Positions 11,063 to 23,800 of a stretch of DNA of 59,344 bases are shown here, in pieces. Source of the stretch: an uncultured Clostridia bacterium (GTDB lineage Bacteria; Bacillota; Clostridia; Christensenellales; CAG-917); assembly GCA_963532875.1 (NCBI GenBank), contig CAUSLO010000003.1:1-59344 (forward strand). The letters run 5' to 3'. Under the pieces are notes generated by a model. The model was not told the origin of the DNA, made no database searches, and saw only the letters and a program-made list of their open reading frames with translations. A program made the translations under genes and the position numbers. Numbering within the stretch: position 1 is the first letter of the stretch; every line of letters begins with the position of its first letter.

Positions 11063-12457
11063 ATGAAACTAACATTTGATTTTAATAATATGATGTGTTC
11101 ATCAATTGGTTCAGAAGGAATTAAAGAAAGCGATTTAGAGTTGCTAGCAGAAGAAGCAAAAGAAGCACATAAAAATTTTGTAAAGAATCGTGGAAAGGGA
11201 ATGCTTGGGTGGACAGAATTACCATACAATCAAGTAGAAGTCGTAAAGGACATAATTGCAACATCTGTTGAAATTCGTGAGAAGTTTGAGAACTTTGTAG
11301 TATTGGGAATTGGGGGGAGTGCACTTGGACCTTTTGCGGTATTTAACGCATTAACACACTTAAGATATAACGATTTAAAGAAAAATAAGAGAAGCGTAAA
11401 GTTTTTTGTAGAGGACAATGTTGATCCAGAAAGAATGAGAGCCCTACTTGATGTAATTGACGTAGAGAAGACTATGTTCAATGTAATCACTAAGAGTGGT
11501 GCAACATCTGAAACAATGAGTCAATATTTGATTATAACTAACATACTTAAACAAAAGTTGGGGGATAAATATGCAGACAACATTATCGCAACAACATCTG
11601 CTGAAAAAGGGAATTTAATCAAATTAGCAAAAAAAGAAAAGTTTAAAACATTCTATATCCCAGACGGAGTAGGAGGAAGATTCTCTGAGTTGTGTCCAGT
11701 TGGATTGTTACCAGCAGCAGTCTTGGGAATAGACATTACAGGTTTGCTACGTGGTGCTGCAGAAATGGATAAGATTTGTAAGAGTGAAAACATGTGGAAA
11801 AACCCAGCATTGCTCGGGGCAGTGTTACAATACGCAGCAATGTTGAAAGGCAAAAACATTTCAGTTATGATGCCATATTCTGATGCACTTAGATATATGT
11901 CAGATTGGTATTGCCAACTATGGGGCGAAAGTTTAGGGAAACAAAAACAAGATGAGGAGGGCAACGTAATCAATATTGGACAAACACCAGTAAAGGCATT
12001 GGGAGTAACTGATCAACATTCACAAGTTCAACTTTATACAGAAGGACCATTCGACAAGGTTGTAACATTTATTGGAGTAGAACAATTTAGACATGATATG
12101 GAAATACCCAAAGGAGCAGAAGAATTTCCAGATGTTAATTTCCTCTGTGGGCACACATTGTCGGAGTTAATCAATACCGAACGTGAAGCAACAGAGTACG
12201 CATTAACAAAAGCAAAGCGAATGAATCAAACAATTATGCTTGATGAAATTTGTGCTAATACAATTGGGCAATTGATGGCATATTTTGAAATACAAACAGC
12301 GTATATGGGAGAACTGCTAGGCATTGATGCATTCAATCAACCAGGGGTTGAGGAAGGCAAGAACGCAACATACGCATTATTTAATAGAGTAGGGTATGAA
12401 GCAAAGAAAGCAGAAATGGCAAATGTAAAGCCAAAGGATAAAAAGTACATAATCTAA
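11063..12457 (+). CDS. pgi: Glucose-6-phosphate isomerase
   Basis: 'LGIGGSALGP', 'DGVGGRFSELCPVG' and 'GVTDQHSQVQLYTEGP' are PGI signatures. SD GGAGGA lies upstream. Confidence 0.9.
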   Translation: MKLTFDFNNMMCSSIGSEGIKESDLELLAEEAKEAHKNFVKNRGKGMLGWTELPYNQVEVVKDIIATSVEIREKFENFVVLGIGGSALGPFAVFNALTHLRYNDLKKNKRSVKFFVEDNVDPERMRALLDVIDVEKTMFNVITKSGATSETMSQYLIITNILKQKLGDKYADNIIATTSAEKGNLIKLAKKEKFKTFYIPDGVGGRFSELCPVGLLPAAVLGIDITGLLRGAAEMDKICKSENMWKNPALLGAVLQYAAMLKGKNISVMMPYSDALRYMSDWYCQLWGESLGKQKQDEEGNVINIGQTPVKALGVTDQHSQVQLYTEGPFDKVVTFIGVEQFRHDMEIPKGAEEFPDVNFLCGHTLSELINTEREATEYALTKAKRMNQTIMLDEICANTIGQLMAYFEIQTAYMGELLGIDAFNQPGVEEGKNATYALFNRVGYEAKKAEMANVKPKDKKYII

Positions 12458-13038
12458 TGAAATACACCTTTTATGCTTTAATGAGTAGAATGAAACTTGT
12501 AGAACGTTGGGGGCTCATGCGTTCAGTCCATCGTGAGAACTTAATGGAGCACAGTTGTGAAGTTGCACAACTTGGACAGGCTTTAGCAATTATTGGAAAC
12601 GAAAAATTCAACAAATCAATAGACGTTGACAAAGTCGCTACACTTGCGTTGTATCACGACGTAGCAGAGGTTGTATCTGGTGATTTGCCAACACCTATCA
12701 AATATTACAACGATAGCATAAAGACAACATATAAGAACATAGAGAACAAAATAATAGATAAAATGCTAGAGAAAGTGCCAGAGTTTTCAAGCAAAGAATA
12801 TCAGTTATATCTCAAACCAGACACAAGTACAGAAGAATATAAAATAATGAAAATTGCTGATATATTGTCTTCATACGTCAAGTGTGTAGAGGAGACATCA
12901 AGCGGGAACAAAGAGTTTGAAAAAGCAAAAGAAACAATATTTGAAAAACTAAAGGGATATTGGAATGAGTATCCTGAACTTAAGTTTTTTATGGATACTT
13001 GTCTGCCAGCATATGGAAGTCAACTAGATTTGTTATGA
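12457..13038 (+). CDS. HD-domain 5'-deoxynucleotidase (YfbR-like)
   Basis: 'NLMEHSCEVAQL' and 'LYHDVAEVVSGDLPTP' form an HD metal-binding pattern of the YfbR type. There is a TAATG overlap with pgi. Confidence 0.7.
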   Translation: MKYTFYALMSRMKLVERWGLMRSVHRENLMEHSCEVAQLGQALAIIGNEKFNKSIDVDKVATLALYHDVAEVVSGDLPTPIKYYNDSIKTTYKNIENKIIDKMLEKVPEFSSKEYQLYLKPDTSTEEYKIMKIADILSSYVKCVEETSSGNKEFEKAKETIFEKLKGYWNEYPELKFFMDTCLPAYGSQLDLL

Positions 13039-14054
13039 TTTGCTTACGACACGTTTCATGTCAATATCGGTTTGCAACAAAGGTTTTTGATGATTTAAAT
13101 TTAGAGTTCAAAGACGGTGAAATAGTCTGTGTCCTAGGGGATGCAGAGAGTGGTAAAACAACTCTTTTTAACATGATAATAGGCATGCAAGAATATCAAG
13201 GCGAAATCCTGTTCGACGGCTTTAAAATACACAAGAAGCCAGACGAAATAATCGCCATACATTCAAACCCAGCACTATTTAAATTTAGATCAGTAGCATA
13301 CAATATTGGGTATCCATTAAGAGTTAGAGAGGTCAATAAGAGTGTACTTAAGAGCAGAGTGGAACGCACTGCTCAAGAGTTTGAATTAGATAAAATCTTA
13401 CACAAAAAAACATATCGAATAACCGAAGAAGAGAAGTGTAAAATTGTGCTTTCTAGGCTTGAAATTAGGGACGCAAAATACTATTTAATTGACGATATTT
13501 TTAGTGGCAAGTTTGGAATACAATTTTCAAAACTATTCCAAAAAGTGGCAAAATTAGCAATAAAACACAAAAATGAGGGTAAAAACGTCATATTTTTCAC
13601 TAGAAATCGTGAATTTGTAGAAAAAATTGCCGATAAACTTTTGATTGTTGCGAACCATGAAACAAGAGAATTTGGCGAAAAAAACCAAGTAATTAACTCG
13701 CCAAAAAACGTATATTCGGTGATTGGAATGCGTGGTCAAGAGAACATAATAACTTGTGATATACAGGGGCGAACACTTGTAGACCGCATGGGACATTTGA
13801 AGCATATGTATACAGAAAGTGAGTTTTTGCCACGCAGTGTATATCTGTATATTCCTAATGAAGCGATTGAAAATGGTGACGATAACATATTGAAAGTGCG
13901 TAGAGTTAAAGAGTTAGAAGATGGCACATTTAGGCATGTTATGCGAAACGGAATGATCATAAATAGAGAACAAAAGTATGACGAAATTCAGTTCAATATT
14001 GACCTTAGCAAATGCATGTTTTTTGATATAATGACAGGGCTAAGAGTTAGGTAG
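13035..14054 (+). CDS. Degenerate, orphan ABC-ATPase-like protein with a C-terminal beta-rich domain
   Basis: Walker A 'GDAESGKTT' is intact. The signature position reads 'ITEEEK', Walker B is 'YYLIDDIF' (no catalytic Glu), and the H-loop position is 'FFTRN'. The start was chosen at the ATGA overlap with the upstream stop; the ORF could start at 12999. Confidence 0.6.
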   Translation: MICLRHVSCQYRFATKVFDDLNLEFKDGEIVCVLGDAESGKTTLFNMIIGMQEYQGEILFDGFKIHKKPDEIIAIHSNPALFKFRSVAYNIGYPLRVREVNKSVLKSRVERTAQEFELDKILHKKTYRITEEEKCKIVLSRLEIRDAKYYLIDDIFSGKFGIQFSKLFQKVAKLAIKHKNEGKNVIFFTRNREFVEKIADKLLIVANHETREFGEKNQVINSPKNVYSVIGMRGQENIITCDIQGRTLVDRMGHLKHMYTESEFLPRSVYLYIPNEAIENGDDNILKVRRVKELEDGTFRHVMRNGMIINREQKYDEIQFNIDLSKCMFFDIMTGLRVR

Positions 14055-14103
14055 TTCTGACAAAAATAAAAAATTCCAAGCGCACATGTGGTATACTTTT
14101 TAT

Positions 14104-14601
14104 ATGCGTGTTTTAGGAATAGACCCAGGGTTAGCGATAGTTGGATATGGAATTCTTGATGAAGAAAATGGACGATGTCAGGCAATTGACTGTGGGGTCA
14201 TAACAACATCGAAGAATCTCACTTTACCTCAAAGGCTTATTCATATTGACAAGATGTTAAATGAGTTGATTGATACGTATAAGCCAGATGTTGCAGCAAT
14301 TGAAGAATTGTTTTTCACTAAAAATACAAAGACAGCAATTGCAGTAGCAGAGGCAAGAGGTGTAACGTTAAATGTCCTACAGAAAGCGATGCCAGATAAA
14401 ATATATGAATACACACCAAATCAAATAAAAGAATCGCTAACAGGATATGGTGGGGCAGATAAGAAACAAATGCAAGAAATGATTCGCATTGTTCTTAAGT
14501 TGCAGGTTGTCCCAAAGCCAGATGATGCAGCCGATGCGTTAGCCATTGCATTGTGTCATGCACAAACAAGTAGGTTGTTAAATTCATTTAAAATACAATA
14601 A
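14104..14601 (+). CDS. ruvC: Holliday junction resolvase RuvC
   Basis: 'MRVLGIDPGLAIVGYG', 'AIEELFF', 'DAADALAIALCHA'. The start was taken at the conserved MRVLGIDPG rather than at 14086. Confidence 0.9.
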   Translation: MRVLGIDPGLAIVGYGILDEENGRCQAIDCGVITTSKNLTLPQRLIHIDKMLNELIDTYKPDVAAIEELFFTKNTKTAIAVAEARGVTLNVLQKAMPDKIYEYTPNQIKESLTGYGGADKKQMQEMIRIVLKLQVVPKPDDAADALAIALCHAQTSRLLNSFKIQ

Positions 14602-14613
14602 AATGGAGAGAAT

Positions 14614-15189
14614 ATGTATAGTTATATTAAAGGTAAAGTTGAGTCAATATCTTTAGGGAAGTTAGTACTTGAGTGCTCTGATATTGGATATGAAATTTTA
14701 GTCCCAGAAAGGGTAGCGAACTCATTGAAGGTTGGAGATCATGTCAAAGTATATACTCATCTATATGTAAAAGAAGACAGACAAGAATTATTTGGATTTT
14801 TAACGGAAGAAGAAAAGTTATTTTTTAACCAATTAATTAACATAAGTGGAGTTGGACCAAAGACAGCCGTACTTATTCTTGGCACATTTGATTTACCAAC
14901 ACTTAAGGGAGCAATAATAAATCAAGACGTAAAGACATTGACACAAATAAAAGGATTAGGGAAGAAAACAGCGGAACTTATGATAGTCAATATGAAGGGC
15001 AACATAGATTTGAATTTGGCTCCAGAAGTTGCTGTTACTTCATTGAAAACTACAGATGAACAAGATGCAGTTAATGCACTTGAAATGTTAGGGGTAAACA
15101 GAACTGAGGCAATAAGAGTTGTTGCATTGGTCTCAAAAGATATTAAGGGTGTTGAAAATATTATAAGAGCAGCACTTTCAATGGTGTAA
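14614..15189 (+). CDS. ruvA: Holliday junction branch migration protein RuvA
   Basis: OB-like N-terminus 'MYSYIKGKV', two HhH motifs ('ISGVGPKTA', 'IKGLGKKTAE'), and C-terminal domain III. Confidence 0.9.
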   Translation: MYSYIKGKVESISLGKLVLECSDIGYEILVPERVANSLKVGDHVKVYTHLYVKEDRQELFGFLTEEEKLFFNQLINISGVGPKTAVLILGTFDLPTLKGAIINQDVKTLTQIKGLGKKTAELMIVNMKGNIDLNLAPEVAVTSLKTTDEQDAVNALEMLGVNRTEAIRVVALVSKDIKGVENIIRAALSMV

Positions 15190-15192
15190 AAA

Positions 15193-16192
15193 ATGGAAGA
15201 TAGCACAAGAATAATTAGTAGTATGGTGTTAGGGGAAGGAGATAAGGATTTATCTTTACGTCCTAAGACTTTGGATGAATATATTGGACAAGATGCAATA
15301 AAAGACAAAATGTCTATTTATATCACGGCGGCAAAAAATAGAAGTGATGCTTTAGATCATATCTTGTTATATGGTCCTCCAGGTTTGGGTAAAACAACAT
15401 TGGCACACGTAATAGCCAACGAAATGGGATCGCAAATTAAAATTACATCAGGACCAGCAATTGAGAAAGCAGCAGACTTAGCCGCAATTCTAACGAACCT
15501 AGGGAAAGGCGACGTTTTATTTATTGACGAAATTCATAGATTGAGAAGTAACATAGAAGAAGTTTTGTATCCAGCAATGGAAGACTACAGTTTAGATTTC
15601 ATTTCTGGTAAGGGAGCGATGGCAAGAAGTATTCGTATTCCGTTACAAAAATTCACCTTAGTAGGGGCAACAACTAGAGCAGGTATGCTATCGAGTCCTT
15701 TACGTGCAAGATTTGGAATCAACGAGAGACTTGAGATGTATAGCAAAGAGAATTTGAAAGAGATTATAGTTAGATCTGCAAAAATATTAAATATTGAAAT
15801 TGATGATGACTCCGCAATGGAATTGGCGAGAAGGAGCAGAGGCACACCAAGAATAGCAAACAGACTTTTAAAAAGAGTTAGGGACTTTGCAGAGTATGAT
15901 GAAAAAGGAAAGATAGATTTAGACATTACTAGAAAAGCACTTAAGTTACTAGGTATAGATGAATTAGGATTGGATAAGGTTGACAACATAATTCTTGAAA
16001 CAATTATAGGCAAATTTAAAGGTGGACCAGTTGGTTTGGATACTCTTGCTGCGTCAACAGGGGAAGATGCGGGAACTATTGAAGATGTTGTTGAGCCATT
16101 CCTTTTGCAACTAGGGTTTATTGCGAGAACGCCAAGAGGTAGAGAGTGTACAGCACTAGCATATAAACACTTGAAGAAAGACTTAGAGGGAC

Positions 16193-16218
<26 letters not shown>
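15193..16218 (+). CDS. ruvB: Holliday junction ATPase RuvB
   Basis: '[12 protein letters not shown]', Walker A 'GPPGLGKTT', Walker B 'LFIDEIHRL', '[18 protein letters not shown]'. Confidence 0.95.
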
Positions 16219-18351
<2,133 letters not shown>

Positions 18352-18436
18352 GGGCAAGAGAATATAAACCTTAGGCGAGATGCAAAGAACCCATCGTGTT
18401 TTAAGTCAGTATAAGAAATATTTTCTAAGAGTCTAA

Positions 18437-19396
18437 TTAGTTATTTCCCAATGTTCCTGCTACGAAATACTGCTTATGGAAAAACTTTGTCATTTCTTCT
18501 TGAGTTAATTTAGAACCGTATTTAGTCTTTACTTCCTCCAGAAAAACGTATATTGCATCTTGATGATTATTTAAAAACCATTTGATGTGATTGCCAATAT
18601 ATTCTGATCTGATTTTGGAATCATTCAAATCGTTGGGCACACGTTTCATTCTTTCATCAATACTATCAAATCCCACGAACTCTTGTGTAAGTCGTTCTTT
18701 TGCCATTTCTACATATTTAGGATTTATTTCAATTCCGATAGCATTTCTATTTGTCTGCTGACAAACTCTTAGAAGAGTACCACTCCCTAAAAATGGATCT
18801 AAAATAGTATCACCTTCATTTGAAGATGCTAACACCATTCTTTCATAAAGACCTTCTGGTTTTTGCGTAGGGTGGTTTTGTCGATTTTTATTGCAATAGT
18901 GCATATGTGAAAATTCCCATACGTTTCCTGGATTGGCACCTCGCATATTATTTACGGATCTATAATATTTTTGTGGAACACGAATACTGTCAAGATTGAA
19001 AGTAAATTTCTTCGGATTTTTGGTAAACATAAGTATGTCATCGTGTCTTGGTGAAAACCCCTTCGTTTTTCCAATGCCTTGAGTATAAAACCAAGAAATC
19101 CAAGAATTGAAATGCATTCCTAATTCTTTTTCTAATATATCATATATGTATGAAATATACCTCATACCCATAAATACATATATAGTGCCATCATCTTTTA
19201 AGACTCTTTTTGCTTCTGTCAGCCACTTCCTAGAAAAATCAAGATATTCATCAAACTCCAACTTATCCTGATTATTACCATAGTCCTTATTTAGATTATA
19301 AGGAGGGTCGGTAACGATTAAATTAATACTTTTATCCGGTATCCTTTGCAGTTCTATCAAAGAATCCCCACAGATTATATTTAGTCTATTATCCAT
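18437..19396 (-). CDS. Type II DNA methyltransferase, beta-class (N4-C or N6-A)
   Basis: Motif IV 'VTDPPYN' near the N-terminus comes before motif I 'LDPFLGSGT'. This beta-group order marks the N-4/N-6 methylase family. About 85 extra aa at the C-terminus have unknown function. It overlaps the REase gene by 16 nt. Confidence 0.85.
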   Translation of the reverse strand: MDNRLNIICGDSLIELQRIPDKSINLIVTDPPYNLNKDYGNNQDKLEFDEYLDFSRKWLTEAKRVLKDDGTIYVFMGMRYISYIYDILEKELGMHFNSWISWFYTQGIGKTKGFSPRHDDILMFTKNPKKFTFNLDSIRVPQKYYRSVNNMRGANPGNVWEFSHMHYCNKNRQNHPTQKPEGLYERMVLASSNEGDTILDPFLGSGTLLRVCQQTNRNAIGIEINPKYVEMAKERLTQEFVGFDSIDERMKRVPNDLNDSKIRSEYIGNHIKWFLNNHQDAIYVFLEEVKTKYGSKLTQEEMTKFFHKQYFVAGTLGNN

Positions 19397-20145
19397 TTGT
19401 TTTTCTTTGCCTCCCTTATAAAATCGTCAAGAGATTTCATTGAACTGTGTAGATATTTACTATCTAATAATTGGCACATCTCCCAAGTAGTCCGATACTG
19501 ATATGCAACATCATGAATGTCTCTAATTTGGATTTGCCCAGTCCCCAATGCGGGATTGTAGTTAATATCTGCATCACTTATAAATTTTAAGTCATACGCA
19601 TTGTAGTCAATAACCTCCATAATATTGTCTACTAATCCGCTTTTATCATTCGTTTCAGAATAAACCTTATGTTTTATAGAAAGAATTATAAACATAAAGT
19701 CTGGATCGACAACATATGCGGTTCTAATACGAGAAAACGAAGTAATGTTCGGTCTTTTGCCACTGTCGGGGATATCATTCGCCGTTGCTTTTACATCAAT
19801 ATTTCCAGTCAGTACTTGATTACCCTTTTTGAATTGCAAAATTATATCTGACATGCCTAATCTTTCTTGTGCTGCAACGTTTACTAAATTATATGTATTT
19901 TTTAAATTATCTTTAATATCTAAAAAAACTTCTCCAGCCCATGCTTCAATAATTGGACCAGCAATTTTATTTATATTTTCTAGCGGAAGTCCAAATTTTA
20001 GATTAGTGTTAATAATAATTTTATTATCGCCAGTTGTTTTTTTTGTATCCAAGATAGCAGTAATTTGCTTTATTACAAATGCTGAGTCCTCACGATAACT
20101 CTTACTTTCTATAGGGATTTTGAATTGTAAATCTCCATACTTCAT
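19381..20145 (-). CDS. Putative type II restriction endonuclease (PD-(D/E)xK)
   Basis: It sits between the C-protein and methyltransferase genes. The candidate catalytic pattern is 'EAWAGE ... GMSDIIL ... NIDVKAT' (E...D...DxK). The start was taken at 20145 (MKYGDLQF), giving an ATGA overlap with the C-protein stop; the ORF track extends to 20199. Confidence 0.6.
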   Translation of the reverse strand: MKYGDLQFKIPIESKSYREDSAFVIKQITAILDTKKTTGDNKIIINTNLKFGLPLENINKIAGPIIEAWAGEVFLDIKDNLKNTYNLVNVAAQERLGMSDIILQFKKGNQVLTGNIDVKATANDIPDSGKRPNITSFSRIRTAYVVDPDFMFIILSIKHKVYSETNDKSGLVDNIMEVIDYNAYDLKFISDADINYNPALGTGQIQIRDIHDVAYQYRTTWEMCQLLDSKYLHSSMKSLDDFIREAKKNKWIID

Positions 20146-20363
20146 TTTTCTACCTCTTTGCTCAATGTCTTGAAATCGACTATGTCGTCGATGCCACATT
20201 TAAGAAATAATGCGATTTTTGCAAGCGTTTCCATTGAAACAGGACTGTCTTTCCCCATTTTTGCGAGCATATTGGTGGATATTCCTGTCTGCAGTCTCAT
20301 TTCTGTTTTCGTAATTTTTTTATCTATTAGCAACTTCCATAACTTATTGTAATTGTAGTTCAC
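20142..20363 (-). CDS. Controller (C) protein, XRE-family HTH
   Basis: The 73-aa HTH_3-like protein ('ITKTEMRLQTGISTNMLAKMGKD') lies immediately upstream of, and coupled to, the REase gene. It uses a GTG start 6 nt after AGGAGG. Confidence 0.75.
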   Translation of the reverse strand: MNYNYNKLWKLLIDKKITKTEMRLQTGISTNMLAKMGKDSPVSMETLAKIALFLKCGIDDIVDFKTLSKEVEK

Positions 20364-20401
20364 GTATAGCCTCCTTTGTTTGATAGAGTGTTGTTGTCAT
20401 A

Positions 20402-20442
20402 ATTATACTACTAATCTCCTAAATTACAATATTATATTGCAA
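20402..20442 (-). promoter_or_regulatory. C/R promoter with overlapping palindromic candidate C-box
   Basis: The minus strand reads TTGCAATAT-A-ATATTGTAA, a 19-nt palindrome with 1 mismatch. Its last 6 nt, TTGTAA, serve as the -35, followed by a 16-nt spacer and TATAAT (20407-20402). Confidence 0.45.
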
Positions 20443-20614
20443 TTCAAAATATAATGTTCTGGTATTAGAGCATATTGTTTGACTTATAGAGTAGGAAATT
20501 TCTCCTTAAAAACTTGTTTGAGAAGGCTAATTGTGATTTAAAAACAAGAATCCAAACGGATCTATAGGCAATTTAGACTAGTGATTATATGTAGATGCGG
20601 AACAACAAACAGCA

Positions 20615-20655
20615 TATCTAATCCGATTAAATTAGTACGCCTTAACATTAAATTG
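20615..20655 (+). repeat. Left copy of a direct repeat bracketing the LRR/MoxR/VWA operon
   Basis: TATCTAATCCGATTAAATTAGTAcgcctTAACATTAAATTG. It shares an exact 16-mer plus 6-nt and 9-nt blocks with 35022-35058 and contains the small hairpin CTAAT-n8-ATTAG. Confidence 0.5.
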
Positions 20656-20801
20656 TTTTTTTAATTAATAAATGTTCGAGATTTCTATTACCAGTAAAAT
20701 GCTTGTTAATAATACGCAATAAAATAAGTTTATATTGCTTTACTTTTGTTTTATATTTCTTTACAATAAGTTAAATAAATTTAATTTTAAGCGAGGTAAT
20801 A

Positions 20802-23800
20802 ATGAAAAAATACAACAGAATAATATCAATCACTTTTATCTTTGTAATGACCGCACTACTTTTCACTGCATGCGTTAAAAAGAGCGTAATTAGTGGGAAG
20901 TGGTATGCTGTAGACAGTGATAAGTTTTATAGATTAGAGATTGATAAAAATAATAAATTCCAATTTTCAATTGATGAAAATAAGATGGAAGGAAAGTATA
21001 AGATTAAAAGTAAGACAATTAAGTTTTCTCTCTCGAATAAAAGTTTTGATGGTACAGTAAAGGACAACAATATAAACATTTCTTATGAAGGTAAGAAGTT
21101 AGTCTTTTCAAAAGTAAAACAGGTTAATGTTTTCTTTCATACTAAAGGTGGGAATGCTATACAAACAAAAAAAGTAGAAGTAGGAACAAAACTTAATATT
21201 ACCGAAAAACCTTCGAGAAAAGGGTATATCTTTAAAGGATGGTATGTAGATCAACAGTATAAAAAACCATTTGATCCAGCAAAAAGGATTTTAAGTGATT
21301 TAACAGTGTATGCAAAATGGTCAAAAGTTGTAAATCCAGGTACTAGCGAAGAAGGGAGTGAGGAAACAAGTACCAACACTATTACTTATGTAGCTGATGA
21401 ATTTGCAACGACTACAGCAAGAACACAAAGTGTAAAAGATGGGGAAGGATACAAATTAGAAGTACCAACAATGACTGGCGGTTATGAGTTCCTCGGATGG
21501 TATACTGAGAATCATCAAACTCAATTGACAGATAATAAAGGTGTAAGTTTAAACGCTTGGGATCCTCAAAGTGGTGATATAAATGCAGTTCCACATTACA
21601 AGTCAACCTTAAATTTAAAATATGAAAAGATTTCAGATGGAAAGTATAGAGTATATCAAGACGATATGTTTTCAAGTAACGAAGTAGAAATTCCAAAGTA
21701 CTATGATGGGGGAATCATCTCAGCAATTGGTAGATTCTCAAATGCTCCTAACCTTGAAAAGATTACAATTGGAGAGGCAGTAGAGGAAATTGAGGAGAAT
21801 CCAGCAGGCGATTCAAATGTATTCAAAGAATACAGAGTAAGTGAGGAAAATAAAAAGTACACATCAAAAGATGGAGTTCTATATTCAAAAGATTTATTAA
21901 CATTATATTCATACCCAATAGCTAAAGAAGGCGAGACATACGTTGTTAGTGCAAGTACAACAAAGATCGCAAATCGTGCTTTTAAAGATAGATTCATAGG
22001 CGAACAGATTAAAGCAGAAACGGTCGGCAAACATTTAAATAAAGTTGAAATGACACAAAATATCTCAGAGATTGGTGAGGAGGCATTTGCAAATAGAGTT
22101 GGATTAACTAATGTATCATTCACAAGTGTAGCATCACCAGCAGAAATGAAAATTGGAGCAAGGGCATTCACATTCACAAATCTAGAAGAATATCCAATCC
22201 CAAGTAACACTGTTTCGATTGGCACAGGAGCGTTTGAGTCAGATTTAAAAATGAGTAATGTAGTAAATGCAAAACAAAAGGAATTGATATTGCCAGAGGG
22301 ACTAAAAGAAATAGGCGAAAAGGCATTTCTATACAATATAGAATTAGAAAAAGTAACGCTATCGAAAACAGTAGAACATATAGGAGCATATGCATTTTCA
22401 AGTTGTAAGCAAATGACAAATTTTGATTCTAATGCGAATGAGCAAATAGATAAAATCCCAGCGGGAATGTTATCAAAAAATATAGATTTAACAGATTTTA
22501 GTTTCCCTAAAAATATAATGGAAATTGGTGATGAGGCTTTCTCCGCAACACAAATTGAGGAATTAGCGTTACCAGAATCTGTTACTAAAATAGGAGATTC
22601 GGCATTTGCTAGAATGAAGTCATTAACGAAGGTAAATATTCCAGACGCAGTTACTGAGTTAGGACGTGGAGTATTTGAAGGGACAGAGAGGTTAGAATTT
22701 GCTGGAATTTTAGTTGGCAACAGTAGTCAGGTCCTATTGAAAGAAAATGGTGCTCTATATAATCGTGATAAGACAGAATTAATTAAATTTGATAATGCAT
22801 CAACTGTAACAGAATTCACAATGCCAGATACAATTACTTCAATTGATAAAGGAGCATTTAAGGGTAACACAAAACTTAAAAAAATAATCTTATCTAAGAA
22901 TTTAAAAAGGATAAGTGAGAATGCATTCCACAGTAGTACGATAGAAGAAATTAAAATTCCAGCAAGTGTTGAAGAAATAGGACCAAAAGCATTCTATAAT
23001 ACAAAACAACTTAAAAAGCTTGAATTTGAAGACGGATGTGGAATTAAGGCTTTACCAACAGGAGTTTTTGACACATCGAGCATTGAAGAACTTACTTTGC
23101 CAGAGGGTCTAGAGTACGCTGTTGAAAAAGACATCTTTAGAAACATGGCAAAATTGAAAATATTAAATATTCCATCATCACTTCGTGATATAGAAATTGG
23201 AGCAATGCTCACTAGAACAAAAATACAAACTATCAATGTTAATCCTAACAACGAACATTTAATGGTAGAGGATGGAATTCTATATACAAAAGATAAGAAA
23301 ACATTGATATATGCAACACAATCATTTAATAAGTCAACTTTAGATATTAGTGGTGTTGTGGAAATAAGAAAATATGCATTCTATTCTAATCTGAAGTTGA
23401 AGGAAGTTACAGGTACATCAAGCCTACAATCAATCAGAGAAGGAGCATTCCAAAAATCAAAAATAGAAACTATTGATTTGTCTTCAGTATTAGAAATAGA
23501 AAAATCAGCATTTAAACAATCAGGCATTAAAGATGCAAATTTAGAAAATATCGAAACATTAGGCGAACAAGTATTTAGCCGATGTGCAAACCTTGTAACA
23601 GTAAGATTGAGTAATAAAATTAATAACATTGGACGTGCAACATTTGAACACACAAAAATTAAGGATTTAGTAATTCCTGATAGTATTGAGAGAATTGGGG
23701 AACAAGCATTCGATGGAGCGGGAGTTGAAACGCTGGTCGTAGGTAATGGAATAAAGAGTACTAAAGTTATTTCAGACGCATTCAAAACATGTGCAACATT

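Noticed and set aside
12999-13034. An earlier ATG for the degenerate ABC-like gene.
   Set aside because: It lies inside the YfbR-like gene. The ATGA junction at 13035 fits the coupling pattern used throughout this window. The true start remains unverified.
20146-20199. An upstream extension of the restriction endonuclease ORF (MWHRRHSRFQ...).
   Set aside because: It would run 54 nt into the C-protein gene. The ATG at 20145 forms the classic ATGA stop/start junction with the C gene.
21701-22720. Long antisense ORFs inside large genes: 339 aa here, and also 15585-16268, 28970-29677, 45947-46663, 23381-23863 and others.
   Set aside because: Each lies wholly within, and opposite to, a gene with strong family motifs. 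Their products are low-complexity Ser/Ile/Phe/Asn-rich strings with no SD. These are shadow ORFs typical of AT-rich, codon-biased DNA.
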